IMG/VR virus record: IMGVR_UViG_3300025425_000027
Location: 1-53,353 of that record
Length of the DNA stretch: 53,353 nucleotides
DNA from: a virus
Taxonomy: Duplodnaviria > Caudoviricetes
Direction: 5' to 3' (one strand)
The first letter of the stretch is position 1. Every line of letters begins with the position of its first letter. Under the pieces are notes generated by a model. The model was not told where the DNA came from. It ran no database searches and was given only the letters and a program-made list of their open reading frames with translations. Positions 17,773 to 27,511 of the stretch are shown piece by piece. A program made the translations under genes and the position numbers.

Positions 17773-18600
17773 CTATACTGGCGTCAAATATCGAATTATA
17801 ACAATACCAGAACCACCAGTTTGGACGTTACCGGGGGCATTAAATGCCCCGCCTCCGCCGCCGCCAGTATTGGCTTGTCCGCCAGTTGATGCGACATTGT
17901 CCCCGTTATAAACAGCTCCTGCGCCACCGCCGCCACGGCCACCGCCGCCGGGTGTGGCTGGCTGGCTTAAATGCTGCCCACCCCCAGAACCTCCAGAAGC
18001 TCGCGTTGTGCCTGTAAATCCTTCGCTTGATCCAGCGCCGCCCGGTCCACCTTTCCAAGTGTAGTTTGATGGCGTTCGCCCACCATTTCCACCGACTCCA
18101 CCTTTGCCGCCGCCGCCGCCGCCGCCAGAGCCATACGCATCACTGGCTCGATTCCCGCCATTGTTGCCTTGCCCAGCCGTTCCAGACCCTCCCGGTCCAC
18201 CGCCAGATCCACCATCGCCGGAATTCCCTGACGTAGTCCCCCCGCCGCCGCCGCCAATAGCCGTTAACTCACCAAAAACAGAATCAGCTCCGTTATTTAT
18301 AGCGCCAGAAGCAGCGCCAGCCCCAACAGTAACGGTGTACGGCCCCTTTTGTATTACAACGTCTGTACTGTACAGGTAACCGCCAGCGCCCCCACCGCCT
18401 TTGTCATATCCTGTCCCACCGCCAGCAATTGTTATGACATCAGCAAGACCTTGTCCTCCAGTTACAGTAAATGTACCACTGCTAGTAAACGTGTGAATAG
18501 TATAAGAACCAGAGGTGCTTTCTGTTCCACCCGTAGCTCCTGTAAGAGCGCCAAGACCGCCGCCAGAACCAAAACCTAAGACTTGATATCCAAAACTCAT
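17773..18600 (-). CDS. Glycine-rich tail fibre/receptor-binding protein
   Basis: HTFTSSGTF, AGGG...GGGGAGG, NTGGGGGG, GGSGIVIIRY. Confidence 0.8.
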   Translation of the reverse strand: MSFGYQVLGFGSGGGLGALTGATGGTESTSGSYTIHTFTSSGTFTVTGGQGLADVITIAGGGTGYDKGGGGAGGYLYSTDVVIQKGPYTVTVGAGAASGAINNGADSVFGELTAIGGGGGGTTSGNSGDGGSGGGPGGSGTAGQGNNGGNRASDAYGSGGGGGGGKGGVGGNGGRTPSNYTWKGGPGGAGSSEGFTGTTRASGGSGGGQHLSQPATPGGGGRGGGGAGAVYNGDNVASTGGQANTGGGGGGAFNAPGNVQTGGSGIVIIRYLTPV

Positions 18601-18609
18601 GTTACACTC

Positions 18610-19920
18610 CTACGCATCATTTGCCGCATCAGTGGTAAAGAACAGTTTAATGCCCAGCAAACGAGCTACTCCTGTTTGACCGCTGGCGCTTGCATCGTTG
18701 TTAATTTGGAAGAAGCATTGGTCATTATCCGCAGGGCTTCCAGCAATTGTAACTGCTCCACTCTCCGCAGACACCATGAGGTCATTAGATGTACCGCTAT
18801 GAGCCAGTGCAGTTGTTGCAACCAGTGTTCCAAATGCAGTGTTGATTGTATCGTCAGAGCTTACAGCAATTCCACCTAACTGCCATACGACTGTGCCTGT
18901 GTTAGTTCCAGTCACAGTCCAGAATGGCTGGTAAGTAATTGTACCAAGGTTCCAGCTCTTTGGAAATGAGACGGCAAACTGAGCAAAAACATCGCTGGCC
19001 GCTGCAAAATCCAACACCTTCAAGTCAGGGCGAAGTGCTGTGGTTTCTACTTGTTCAGGGCCAGCACATCCGTTTGTAGTAGATGGGTACATAGCAGACG
19101 CTGGAATCCAGATGGTTTCCTTACCTGCTATTTTTGCAACGACTCCGTCTAGCTGGTTTAAGTCAGCAGCCGAACTTGTCATTGCTGTTGCGCCTATTGT
19201 AATCTGGCCTTCTGGAACAATTAGCCCCCCCGCACCGCCAAGAATTAAATCATCTGCCGAAGCGTCCCAAAGCATATAAGCTGACGCAGTATCGCCAAAG
19301 AGCTTAACATCGTAGCCCGTGTCATCAACGCCAACAGATAGCGTAGCGTCAATCTGCACAGCGCCATCAATGTCCACAGCGTCTAGGTTTGCAGTGCCGT
19401 TAACATCGATACTGCCTTCAAGATCAATGTCACCGCCGACAATTAAATCATCCGTAACCGTCAGATCGTCATCAACCAACATATCCACAACATTCAGCGA
19501 AGCAAAGGCATCTACGAAGGCAGCGCCAGAGCCAGCCCCATCGCCATATACCGCTTTGGTTTGCCCTGCTGGGATTGTGATGTTAGCACCAGATCCCTGA
19601 GAGATGATAATGTTCTGAGATCCGCTAGTGGCGTTCTCAATAAACCACATTTTATTGACCGTGTTTGGGCCGATAGTGATCGTACACGCACTGTCTAGAG
19701 TACCTGTGTACTTCAGGAACATTGCCCTGCCGGGGTCAGAAGCGCCATCCGCGATTGTGGTTGTGTGCGTGTCGGCGTTGGTTGTTATGGCTTCTGTGCC
19801 AAAGCCAAACGCCTCACCGATCAATTCGAGGTTAGTATTCGTGACTGTTCCCCATGAGCCTGACTGATCGCCAGTTGCCATCTCATTTAGGCGAAGGTCA
19901 TTTACATAGGTAGAAGCCAT
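18610..19920 (-). CDS. Tail fibre protein
   Basis: MASTY...WGTVTNTNL N-terminal anchor, beta-helix-like repeats, distinct C-terminal domain. Confidence 0.75.
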   Translation of the reverse strand: MASTYVNDLRLNEMATGDQSGSWGTVTNTNLELIGEAFGFGTEAITTNADTHTTTIADGASDPGRAMFLKYTGTLDSACTITIGPNTVNKMWFIENATSGSQNIIISQGSGANITIPAGQTKAVYGDGAGSGAAFVDAFASLNVVDMLVDDDLTVTDDLIVGGDIDLEGSIDVNGTANLDAVDIDGAVQIDATLSVGVDDTGYDVKLFGDTASAYMLWDASADDLILGGAGGLIVPEGQITIGATAMTSSAADLNQLDGVVAKIAGKETIWIPASAMYPSTTNGCAGPEQVETTALRPDLKVLDFAAASDVFAQFAVSFPKSWNLGTITYQPFWTVTGTNTGTVVWQLGGIAVSSDDTINTAFGTLVATTALAHSGTSNDLMVSAESGAVTIAGSPADNDQCFFQINNDASASGQTGVARLLGIKLFFTTDAANDA

Positions 19921-19937
19921 GTTTCTTTATCCTTTTA

Positions 19938-20357
19938 TCAATCAATACGGATGATAGCAGCCGCGCCCGGTGCTGGGAATACGATACGGAATGTACCTGA
20001 CGAAACTGTAAAGTCACCGCCGAAGTCCAAGACTGCAATCGAATTATCGCCAGCAGTTGTGTCGTTATAGATCAACGCGCCACGAGCTGTGAATGTTGCT
20101 GATGCCCACTCTGGGTTATCAAAGTCAACGTAAGCAGTCGTTCCTGTTGTGCCAATCACTGGACTGGCAAGAACTACACCGCCAGCCGAATATCCAGTAC
20201 CACTTATTTCGTTTGTGGCTGTATATGCGGTTGTTGTTGCATCTAGTGTCGCTGAAGAAGTGTACAGCGCAATCTTAATGGAATCTGTATCCAGATCCTG
20301 TTCTTTTTGGAACAAGTCTTCCTTAAAACTTGTACACATTGCTTGAGTAATAGCCAT
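19938..20357 (-). CDS. Virion structural protein
   Basis: MCTSFK...KIALY...GTGYSAGG...ARGALIYN...VLDFG. Confidence 0.7.
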   Translation of the reverse strand: MAITQAMCTSFKEDLFQKEQDLDTDSIKIALYTSSATLDATTTAYTATNEISGTGYSAGGVVLASPVIGTTGTTAYVDFDNPEWASATFTARGALIYNDTTAGDNSIAVLDFGGDFTVSSGTFRIVFPAPGAAAIIRID

Positions 20358-20980
20358 TATAGACCTCCGTTATATTCTGCTGCGTAATCGCGTTGCATTT
20401 CTTGTACTGTAAGTTGCACTGCTTCGTCAAACTGTGTCTTATAAAGCGCCAATGTTTCCCCAGCTTTGAGGAAGGCTGACGCCTCATAGAGACACGCGGC
20501 AAGCAACACATTTTCGGCATTGTCGCCAATCCAGTTGTTTGTGTTGCTTGAACTTAACCCCGTCTCAGGAGCTATGTAATCTACTTGATATGTATCCGTC
20601 GAATCTGGCGTTGGCGCAAACGTGACAACAGTCCCAGAGATCCCAGCGTTTTTCGTACTATATATAATCGGAGTCCCTTGCGTGGCCGCATTTGGCCAGT
20701 AATCGCGCAAATATGAATCAACTCTGTGATCTAAATATGCCGCGACATTTGATGATATGACAGATACCTGACGGATCATTCTTGCGGAAGGAACAGTGTA
20801 ATCTGCCGTACCAGCAACCATATTACCTGTGGTTGTCTGCCGAAAACACGGCAGATTAGGCAACCGTTGGAAGATCATTGTCTCAGCTTGTTCTATGATT
20901 TCATCAATAGAGGCTTGCAGCTCAGAGCTGTCATCCTCTAAGAAGTTCTGAATATTTGCAACTAGCTGTGTGTAATTCAC
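20357..20980 (-). CDS. Head-tail adaptor / tail tubular protein
   Basis: MNYTQLVANIQ...PTPD...LLAACLYEA adaptor pattern. Confidence 0.7.
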   Translation of the reverse strand: MNYTQLVANIQNFLEDDSSELQASIDEIIEQAETMIFQRLPNLPCFRQTTTGNMVAGTADYTVPSARMIRQVSVISSNVAAYLDHRVDSYLRDYWPNAATQGTPIIYSTKNAGISGTVVTFAPTPDSTDTYQVDYIAPETGLSSSNTNNWIGDNAENVLLAACLYEASAFLKAGETLALYKTQFDEAVQLTVQEMQRDYAAEYNGGL

Positions 20981-20990
20981 TTATTCATCC

Positions 20991-22124
20991 TCACTGCCAA
21001 GACCCTTCACCCCATCCATCTATACCCCAAGACGTTTCAATTTGAACTGACGCAGTGCCAATCGCGCCAGTACCGCTTACCGAAGCTGGGCGTGGCAATG
21101 TATCCGCCTGCCAAGCACCAGCGCCCCATTCGCCAATGCCCCAACCTAATCCTTCAGAACCAGTTAGGATACTAGCTGTACCTATGGCTCCTGTGCCAGC
21201 GACTCCTGTCTCAATAGCCTCAGACGCAGAGACCTCTTCGCCAATAGCGCCTGTTGCTCCTATACCCGAAATACCTGTTACAAGCAATTGAATGTTGCCA
21301 TCACCAGAGATGCCAAATCCTGCCACTTCACCCGTGCCAGCAACACCTGTCTCGCCTAGTTCTACTTCTGGAACTTCAGCACCTATTGCACCCGTACCAA
21401 CCGCTGCGGTTACGGCAGCGTAGGATTCAAATGCAATTGTACCAACGCCACCTGTCGCAGCAACACCAAGTTCTGGTATTTCTGTCTCAACGACTTCTGT
21501 TCCTATAGCGCCCGTACCAATCACTGATGTTGCTGGAGCATCTGTTGTGATGTGCAGTGTTTGTGAGCCAAGAGCGCCTGTCCCTGCCACGCCTGTTACG
21601 TTTGGCTCATTCGTAATCTCTGATGTGATGCCTATTGCACCAGTGCCAAAAACACCTACTGGAACTGCATCATTTTGAATAACTTCCGTACCTGTCGCGC
21701 CCGTACCTGCCAGACCAGTAACAGCCACATCTTCGTTGTCAGATACAATCGCTGTGCCTATAGCACCCGTGCCAGACACTCCAGTGACATCAAATATGTA
21801 ATCCCTGTCTACGTTGGAAACAAATCCAATTACACCCTGACCGTGAACACCCACGCCGGGGCGCAATCGTGGATCTATAGTCCAGTCTTGGGTGTAGCCG
21901 ATATAAACAACAACATTCTCAGGATCTGTGTCTGGCCGTGGATTAAACAGTGCTGTCGCATCAACTACATTTTTTGCAGGCGTTAGTTGTGGTTGTTTTG
22001 GGTCAAAGTCTTCTGGAGAAACACGCAAGCCATCCCAAGTGGTCTTCAACTGGGTGTAGGGAACCTGAAGACCGCCTATGTCGCTTATCGCTTGGGATTT
22101 TTTTCCTCTTGCGTATTTCGTCAT
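20991..22124 (-). CDS. Virion protein with TGVAGTGAIG repeats
   Basis: About 10 repeats of (V/E)TGVxGTGAIG; WGxxxWGxxxW motifs. Confidence 0.7.
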   Translation of the reverse strand: MTKYARGKKSQAISDIGGLQVPYTQLKTTWDGLRVSPEDFDPKQPQLTPAKNVVDATALFNPRPDTDPENVVVYIGYTQDWTIDPRLRPGVGVHGQGVIGFVSNVDRDYIFDVTGVSGTGAIGTAIVSDNEDVAVTGLAGTGATGTEVIQNDAVPVGVFGTGAIGITSEITNEPNVTGVAGTGALGSQTLHITTDAPATSVIGTGAIGTEVVETEIPELGVAATGGVGTIAFESYAAVTAAVGTGAIGAEVPEVELGETGVAGTGEVAGFGISGDGNIQLLVTGISGIGATGAIGEEVSASEAIETGVAGTGAIGTASILTGSEGLGWGIGEWGAGAWQADTLPRPASVSGTGAIGTASVQIETSWGIDGWGEGSWQ

Positions 22125-22804
22125 TATGATAAGTTCAGCGCAGTTGGCTGAATCCTTAAACTTACACCGTCATTGTCTGAAGCCGATGCGAAGGTGAATG
22201 CACGTTCATACATTTCATTTAGGATCTGAAACTTCTCGTTTGCAAACTTCAGAGACATCTTACTAGCCAAGCCAGCGCATATGCACTCATTCCAGCGGTA
22301 CGGGATGTCGGCGTCCTGATTAGACGCCGTAACGTCTTCAAGCTGATTTATAGCCCAATACACCATGCTATACGTTGTGCGATTAGGAACCTGCCAGAAG
22401 TAGGCCACAGGCGTATACAGCTTGTCTAGCATGTACTGGCTAGGCTTGCCGGGGGACGTTTTGTTTGGGAGCTGATTATAGTCAGAGATCGACACGCGGT
22501 TGATGATCTGATCAGACGTATCTGTGCCAGAGCTATCACGCACAACGGCATCCATGATGTCGATAGTGCCTGCTGGCAGCGTATACGTTGACTGACCGTT
22601 TATCAGTGTCAGCGTGTTTTGACTTAACGCCCAGTAATTAATGCCGCGATTTGCCCACTCAGAGAAGAGGAGGTTTAGGCTGCGCCTTGCGGACACAGCC
22701 CTATCACCAGTCTGGACTTGTGGGTCAAGACCGCAACGCTCAAACGCCTCAGTGATTATTTCCTGTATGTCAGGTCTAAACGCTACGGTTCCCGAAGTTG
22801 CCAT
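22124..22804 (-). CDS. Head-closure/adaptor protein
   Basis: ARRSLNLLFSEWANRG; PNKTSPGKPSQY. Confidence 0.7.
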   Translation of the reverse strand: MATSGTVAFRPDIQEIITEAFERCGLDPQVQTGDRAVSARRSLNLLFSEWANRGINYWALSQNTLTLINGQSTYTLPAGTIDIMDAVVRDSSGTDTSDQIINRVSISDYNQLPNKTSPGKPSQYMLDKLYTPVAYFWQVPNRTTYSMVYWAINQLEDVTASNQDADIPYRWNECICAGLASKMSLKFANEKFQILNEMYERAFTFASASDNDGVSLRIQPTALNLS

Positions 22805-22816
22805 GTCGTACCTCTA

Positions 22817-23230
22817 TCAATATTTTTTAACGGCGCGAATAATCACTTGATATGCATCGCCAACCGCTCCAGCCCCAGTTGTTGTAAACTTGATGTCGCC
22901 TGTGCCGTTAGCACCGTATTCCGCGCTATTGGGTAGCCCACCAAATTTCTCAAAAGTTTGGTATCCCTGCTGATCTTCTGCCAAATGCAAAATAATAATA
23001 TCAGTATCTGCGTCTGCCAGTACCTCAACTGTCATTCCATGCAAAATCCACTGGCATTCCACAATGCGTACACCCGTGCAGGTTGCGCCATTTGCATTTG
23101 CCGCGAGGGCAGACACATCTATTTTAGCCACTGCACTTTCGTTCCCACCATCGACATATTGATATTGGAATGCAAATACGCACTCATGTGTGTTGTCGAT
23201 GATCGTAGTCGATGTTGTAATGTCGGCCAT
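22817..23230 (-). CDS. Virion structural protein
   Basis: Operon position; FGGLPN...TGDIKFTT. Confidence 0.6.
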   Translation of the reverse strand: MADITTSTTIIDNTHECVFAFQYQYVDGGNESAVAKIDVSALAANANGATCTGVRIVECQWILHGMTVEVLADADTDIIILHLAEDQQGYQTFEKFGGLPNSAEYGANGTGDIKFTTTGAGAVGDAYQVIIRAVKKY

Positions 23231-23250
23231 ATTAATCTCCTATGGTTATA

Positions 23251-23273
23251 GGTGGGAGCCGAAGCTCCCAACC
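23251..23273 (-). other. Intergenic UUCG stem-loop
   Basis: Minus strand GGGAGC-TTCG-GCTCCC; no U tract. Confidence 0.5.
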
Positions 23274-23283
23274 AAAATGATTA

Positions 23284-23832
23284 TTAGGCAATTTGAACGT
23301 ACTCAACGATGAACGTAAACGAACCCGCTGTCGTAGCATCCACTGTGTTAGTAACATTACAGTAAATTGTACGCTCTGCTGAAGCATACTGAGCAGAGAT
23401 AGGGGCCGTGGCGGCGTTTTGAGTAGTAGCAACCAAGGTAGTAGTTGTTACGTTTCCAACGACAACTGTTGTACCGCCATCTAGGATCTCATCTGCGATA
23501 GCTGCAACAATTTGTGCGCCCGAAGAGGATGTTCCAACTTCATAGCCAATATCACCAGTTCCAATAACGGGAGCCGTGTCACAAAATATCTTAATGTTTG
23601 TGATGATTGTGTTTGCTGGCTGAGTAAACTCACCAATAGTCGGGCTGTCGCCTGCTGTGGTGTTTACTGTAACGCCTGTGGCGAAGCCAACGTGCTTTAC
23701 ATATTTGTCGGTGACAATACCTGTGGACGCAATAGTTGCAATGTCTGTATAAGCACCAGTTGTTGAATTTTTAGAGACAACTTGGAAGCCGCCTTCTGAG
23801 CGCACTGGTCCTGTGAATGTTGTGTTAGCCAT
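23284..23832 (-). CDS. Virion structural/decoration protein
   Basis: Start reassigned to MANTTFTGPVRS after the AGGAG RBS. Confidence 0.7.
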   Translation of the reverse strand: MANTTFTGPVRSEGGFQVVSKNSTTGAYTDIATIASTGIVTDKYVKHVGFATGVTVNTTAGDSPTIGEFTQPANTIITNIKIFCDTAPVIGTGDIGYEVGTSSSGAQIVAAIADEILDGGTTVVVGNVTTTTLVATTQNAATAPISAQYASAERTIYCNVTNTVDATTAGSFTFIVEYVQIA

Positions 23833-23910
23833 GTGATTCTCCTGTCGTGGCAAATGTCAGACGCACCATGCGGCTGTCAGGGATATTGAGACAATACATC
23901 ACATCGTTTT

Positions 23911-23943
23911 AAAAAGAAAGAGGCGATCCGAAGACCGCCCCTT
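23911..23943 (-). terminator. Rho-independent terminator after the major capsid gene
   Basis: Minus strand AAGGGGCGGTC-TTCG-GATCGCCTCTT followed by TCTTTTT. Confidence 0.8.
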
Positions 23944-23966
23944 AATCATAACATTCTGGAGAAATG

Positions 23967-24866
23967 TTATGCTCCTTCGGAGCCAAACACACCACGCCAG
24001 TCGGTGTAGCCGAAGCTGTAACGCTCACGCACTTTATAGCGCACGTTGCCAGTCTCGAAATCACCTTCCATGCCTTTTTTCATAGGCGAGCGTTGGAACA
24101 TTTTCAGTCCATCAGGAACGTCAGTTGTGACGAAGAACCCGTCTGCGTCTGTCAGACGGCGCATCACATGATAACCTTTTGGCAGGTAACCGCCAGAACG
24201 GATAGCATTGATGTCGTTGTCCGCAGTGCCAACGCGAAGCTGGGATTCCAGCAGGCGCTCTGCAACAAACGTGTAGGCCGTTGGGATAACCAACTGCATA
24301 CCTTGGGCAGCAATCCGAAGACCACGATCATCCTTCATATCCGCGATTTGGATAAGAATGGCTTCAAGTGAAACTTCTGACAAGTCAGCCGCTGTGGCTA
24401 ACGTGTTAGACTGGTTGCCGTTCTGCGTTGGGTGAGTTTGGCTCAAAAGAGTAGTGCCATCTCCACCGTTTGCAGTTGTCGCGTTGTTCAAGACGTTAGC
24501 CGCTTTGATTTCCTTAGTGGAAGCCATAGAACGGGCAAGAGCCTTGGTGTAGCGAGAAGCAATTGAGCCATACTGGCCGTCTTCTTCAGCTTCCTCAGTG
24601 ATTGAGAATGCCAAAGCAACTGTTTCGTGCTGGTAACGCGCAGTCCACTGCTGGCCAGCGTCATCATAAGAGATGGCTGAACCTTCAGATTTAGTTGGAG
24701 CAGAGCCAAAACCGGATAAAAGTACGTCCTCCTCGAATGCCTTCTGAGAAGTATTCGATGCGAAGACCGCCGCATATTCAGCAGGGTACTGGTCGTATTC
24801 TAGGCCAAACAAGGTGTTTAGACCCGGCTCAAGCATTTTAGCAAAACTTGCTCTATTCATAGCCAT
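23967..24866 (-). CDS. Major capsid protein (HK97-fold, Mu gpT-like)
   Basis: LEPGLNTLFG, ARYQHETVALAFSITEEA, RERYSFGYTDWRG. Confidence 0.9.
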   Translation of the reverse strand: MAMNRASFAKMLEPGLNTLFGLEYDQYPAEYAAVFASNTSQKAFEEDVLLSGFGSAPTKSEGSAISYDDAGQQWTARYQHETVALAFSITEEAEEDGQYGSIASRYTKALARSMASTKEIKAANVLNNATTANGGDGTTLLSQTHPTQNGNQSNTLATAADLSEVSLEAILIQIADMKDDRGLRIAAQGMQLVIPTAYTFVAERLLESQLRVGTADNDINAIRSGGYLPKGYHVMRRLTDADGFFVTTDVPDGLKMFQRSPMKKGMEGDFETGNVRYKVRERYSFGYTDWRGVFGSEGA

Positions 24867-24881
24867 GATTTAAATCCTTCC

Positions 24882-25433
24882 TTAGATCCCGGCGCTATCT
24901 TTAAGAAGATGCTCATTGATGAGAACTTCCATGATAGCATTCGCACCAAACGCATTGTCTGGTGCATGGTAAAGCGCAAGGATCTTGCAGGAAGCAGCTC
25001 CCGCAGCCATTGTGCCGCTCAGTTCAAAACCAGATTGACCTGTAAGGGTCGAACCTGCGCCTGCAACAACATCGCAACAATTGCCAATGTTTGTTTGTGC
25101 AGTCGTACCAGCAGACTGGGCTTTAAACACAGTCATTGGGCCATCATATACATGAGCAATGATGTCCGTAGCTACTGTGCCTGACGGCCAGTATTCACTG
25201 TAGACGTATGATCCGTCTGCGGCTGTATATGAACAACCATCAAACACACCAATGTTATTTACTTCAGTAGCAGTATGCGGTGTCACAACACCATCAGCAG
25301 TAAGAATGCAGAGATCACCTTTGAAGATGTTTTCTGCAAGACCACTTGTGATGGTATACTGATTTGTGCGTGGTGCATTACCGCTCATGTGACGAATTGG
25401 GACAAACCCAAAGGCAGCATCAACATTTGCCAT
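24882..25433 (-). CDS. Capsid-associated/decoration protein
   Basis: MANVDAAFGFVP; immediately upstream of the major capsid gene. Confidence 0.7.
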   Translation of the reverse strand: MANVDAAFGFVPIRHMSGNAPRTNQYTITSGLAENIFKGDLCILTADGVVTPHTATEVNNIGVFDGCSYTAADGSYVYSEYWPSGTVATDIIAHVYDGPMTVFKAQSAGTTAQTNIGNCCDVVAGAGSTLTGQSGFELSGTMAAGAASCKILALYHAPDNAFGANAIMEVLINEHLLKDSAGI

Positions 25434-25457
25434 TTTTTCGCTCCTATAGCGTTAAGG

Positions 25458-25940
25458 TTAATCGCTCATGGCAGATAAAGATCTGCCGCGACTTGTTTCG
25501 GACCTACGATCCTGATGGATCGGTTGTCCATGACGCCGTCCTAACGCATCAAGGTCACCTGCAACGGATTCGTTTTGCTCACCATTCTTGTTAGAATAGT
25601 ATTCCTTCATTGCCAAATGCCGTTCTTCTGGCATTTCACAGAGCAACATTCCTTCGATGCCTGTACAGCCTTGCCACTGCCCGTGATTGATAGTCGGAAA
25701 CAACTTACTCATCACAGTTTCAGCTTTACGCGGTTCCCACCCTTCACGCATACGTTTGTACACGTTATCTGGCGTATCTTTCCCTTGAATCGAGGTCGCT
25801 ACCCACCGTTGGACATAACCGGGACGTGCTTCGGGTGCATCCAAAAGTGCTGGGGGTTTCCATGCAGTCATAGGACGTGAGTCCTCATCGCGCACAGAAT
25901 TACGAGCTTCGTCCGCACGAACATTTCTTTTCTCAGTCAT
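25458..25940 (-). CDS. Conserved head-module protein
   Basis: WKPPALLDAP...RW...NVYKRMREGWE. Confidence 0.65.
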   Translation of the reverse strand: MTEKRNVRADEARNSVRDEDSRPMTAWKPPALLDAPEARPGYVQRWVATSIQGKDTPDNVYKRMREGWEPRKAETVMSKLFPTINHGQWQGCTGIEGMLLCEMPEERHLAMKEYYSNKNGEQNESVAGDLDALGRRHGQPIHQDRRSETSRGRSLSAMSD

Positions 25941-25942
25941 GA

Positions 25943-26836
25943 TTATTGTTCCCTCTGTTGACGACGAATTTCGGCTTCATACTTTTTAAGGCCATTTGCG
26001 TCATTAATTCCAAGTTCCCGTGCCATTCTGAGATGATCTTGCGACATCCTCACTCTATTGCCCTTGTAGCTAGAACCGCCTGTAGTGGGGGCGACTGGTG
26101 GTCTACTTTTTGTTCTAGGTTTACTTGGACTTGATCCAGAAGATAACTCAGGAAATACTTTTTGTAAACGGTTGTTTAGGTGGTCGTAATATTCGTCCGA
26201 ATTTTTGTCGAAACCTTCGAGGTCAAGTTGGACATCAATAGCACGGGCCGCAGCCGTCTCTCGTTCAAAGCCAGCGGCATTAAACCAGTTATTTTGCTGC
26301 CACCAATTCATAGCCTTGGGGGGAGCTGGGTTTTGTGCAGCTTGCTGTGCGCGGCCCACTGTAGGGGATGCGGCAGCGCGTTGCTGGCTTTGTTGCTTCT
26401 GCATTTCTGCAATACGCATAGCCGCTCGCATGTCGGCCATTTGCTCTTGGAAGTTAACCTGCGCTTCGGTGTCGCCCTCCTCCACAGCCTTGTGTAAAGC
26501 CTGCTTTGTTTGAGCGTAACGCTGATTAAACATATCCTCAGAAGATTTCTGTGATCCTTGCTCCAAGCGTTCCAGACGTTTCTGGAGCTGTGCGTTTTGC
26601 TCCTGTATCTCTCTGGCTTGGATCTCAGCCTCACGGCGCTGGCTTACGAGCTTCTGGATGCGCTTCTGAACCTTGGGGCCATAGTCTGGCTCCTCTTGCT
26701 CTTCAGCAACGTCCACAGCCTCCTCACGGGCCTCCTGTACGGGATCGTCAATTACTTCAATCTCGAAGTCATCAACCTCACCCTTGGCCTTTTTAATTTC
26801 GGCCTCGATTTCATTCATGATGTCATTTTCTGCCAT
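25943..26836 (-). CDS. Capsid scaffolding protein
   Basis: Acidic N-terminus, VQKRIQKL coiled coil, NNWF, MARELGI...Y C-terminus; position in the head module. Confidence 0.7.
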   Translation of the reverse strand: MAENDIMNEIEAEIKKAKGEVDDFEIEVIDDPVQEAREEAVDVAEEQEEPDYGPKVQKRIQKLVSQRREAEIQAREIQEQNAQLQKRLERLEQGSQKSSEDMFNQRYAQTKQALHKAVEEGDTEAQVNFQEQMADMRAAMRIAEMQKQQSQQRAAASPTVGRAQQAAQNPAPPKAMNWWQQNNWFNAAGFERETAAARAIDVQLDLEGFDKNSDEYYDHLNNRLQKVFPELSSGSSPSKPRTKSRPPVAPTTGGSSYKGNRVRMSQDHLRMARELGINDANGLKKYEAEIRRQQREQ

Positions 26837-26840
26837 TGTA

Positions 26841-27254
26841 TCATCCTATATATGCGGCGACATCAACGCCATCTGGCAAGATCGATGTGATTTCATCATC
26901 GTTCAGCAGAAGGAATTTAACGCCCTTGATAACAAGTTTCTGACCAGCATATTTTCCATAGGTTATGCGATCTCCGACCTTGGGAGTAACTTCGGTACGC
27001 CAGCGTTCACCAGTGTCCCTGTCCCGATATGCCAAGTCGCCCAAGGCGCAGACCGCGCCATGAGCTGTCAGGTATTCTTCATTATCTTGTGATATTGTTG
27101 GGAGGTGTATCCCACTCGCGGTTTTTCTCTTAACCTGATTAGGCTGGACTAAAACCTTCCAATTTAAAGGTATTGGCAGTTGATCCGAAGTTATCGTGGC
27201 TTCAGTATCTTCGTCGGTAAAAGTTTTATCATGTTGATGAGACATGTCATTCAT
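26841..27254 (-). CDS. groES: Phage co-chaperonin GroES
   Basis: PLNWKVLV, KTASGIHLP, PKVGDRITYGKYAG, LLNDDEI. Confidence 0.9.
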   Translation of the reverse strand: MNDMSHQHDKTFTDEDTEATITSDQLPIPLNWKVLVQPNQVKRKTASGIHLPTISQDNEEYLTAHGAVCALGDLAYRDRDTGERWRTEVTPKVGDRITYGKYAGQKLVIKGVKFLLLNDDEITSILPDGVDVAAYIG

Positions 27255-27444
27255 CCTCTTCGTTTATGTTTTTAATCGTCTCGCGGATAATCTCAGATGC
27301 TTGCATTAAGCCCTCTGCGATCCCTACGTTTTTTTGGTATGAGCTAAAGTCGGACATCCGACCATCGGCCATACTCTCAGCTATCTCCAGCCTTTGTTTG
27401 TCCAGATTTTTCCTGATCTGCTGAAGCAGGTCGCTTATTGTCAT
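27247..27444 (-). CDS. Small helical head-module protein
   Basis: DFSSYQKNVGIAEGL; upstream of groES. Confidence 0.7.
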   Translation of the reverse strand: MTISDLLQQIRKNLDKQRLEIAESMADGRMSDFSSYQKNVGIAEGLMQASEIIRETIKNINEEDE

Positions 27445-27511
27445 CTTTGACGCCTCCACGCATGGATACGCCAGTGACGTGAATAGTCACATCTTTTTTT
27501 TCCTCTGACAT

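Noticed and set aside
17773-19920. Diversity-generating retroelement or invertible tail-fibre cassette
   Set aside because: No reverse transcriptase, invertase or template/variable repeat pair seen.
27377-27511. 44-aa ORF MSEEKKDVTIHV...
   Set aside because: It has a plausible RBS but overlaps the next gene by 68 bp and has no motif; too uncertain to call.
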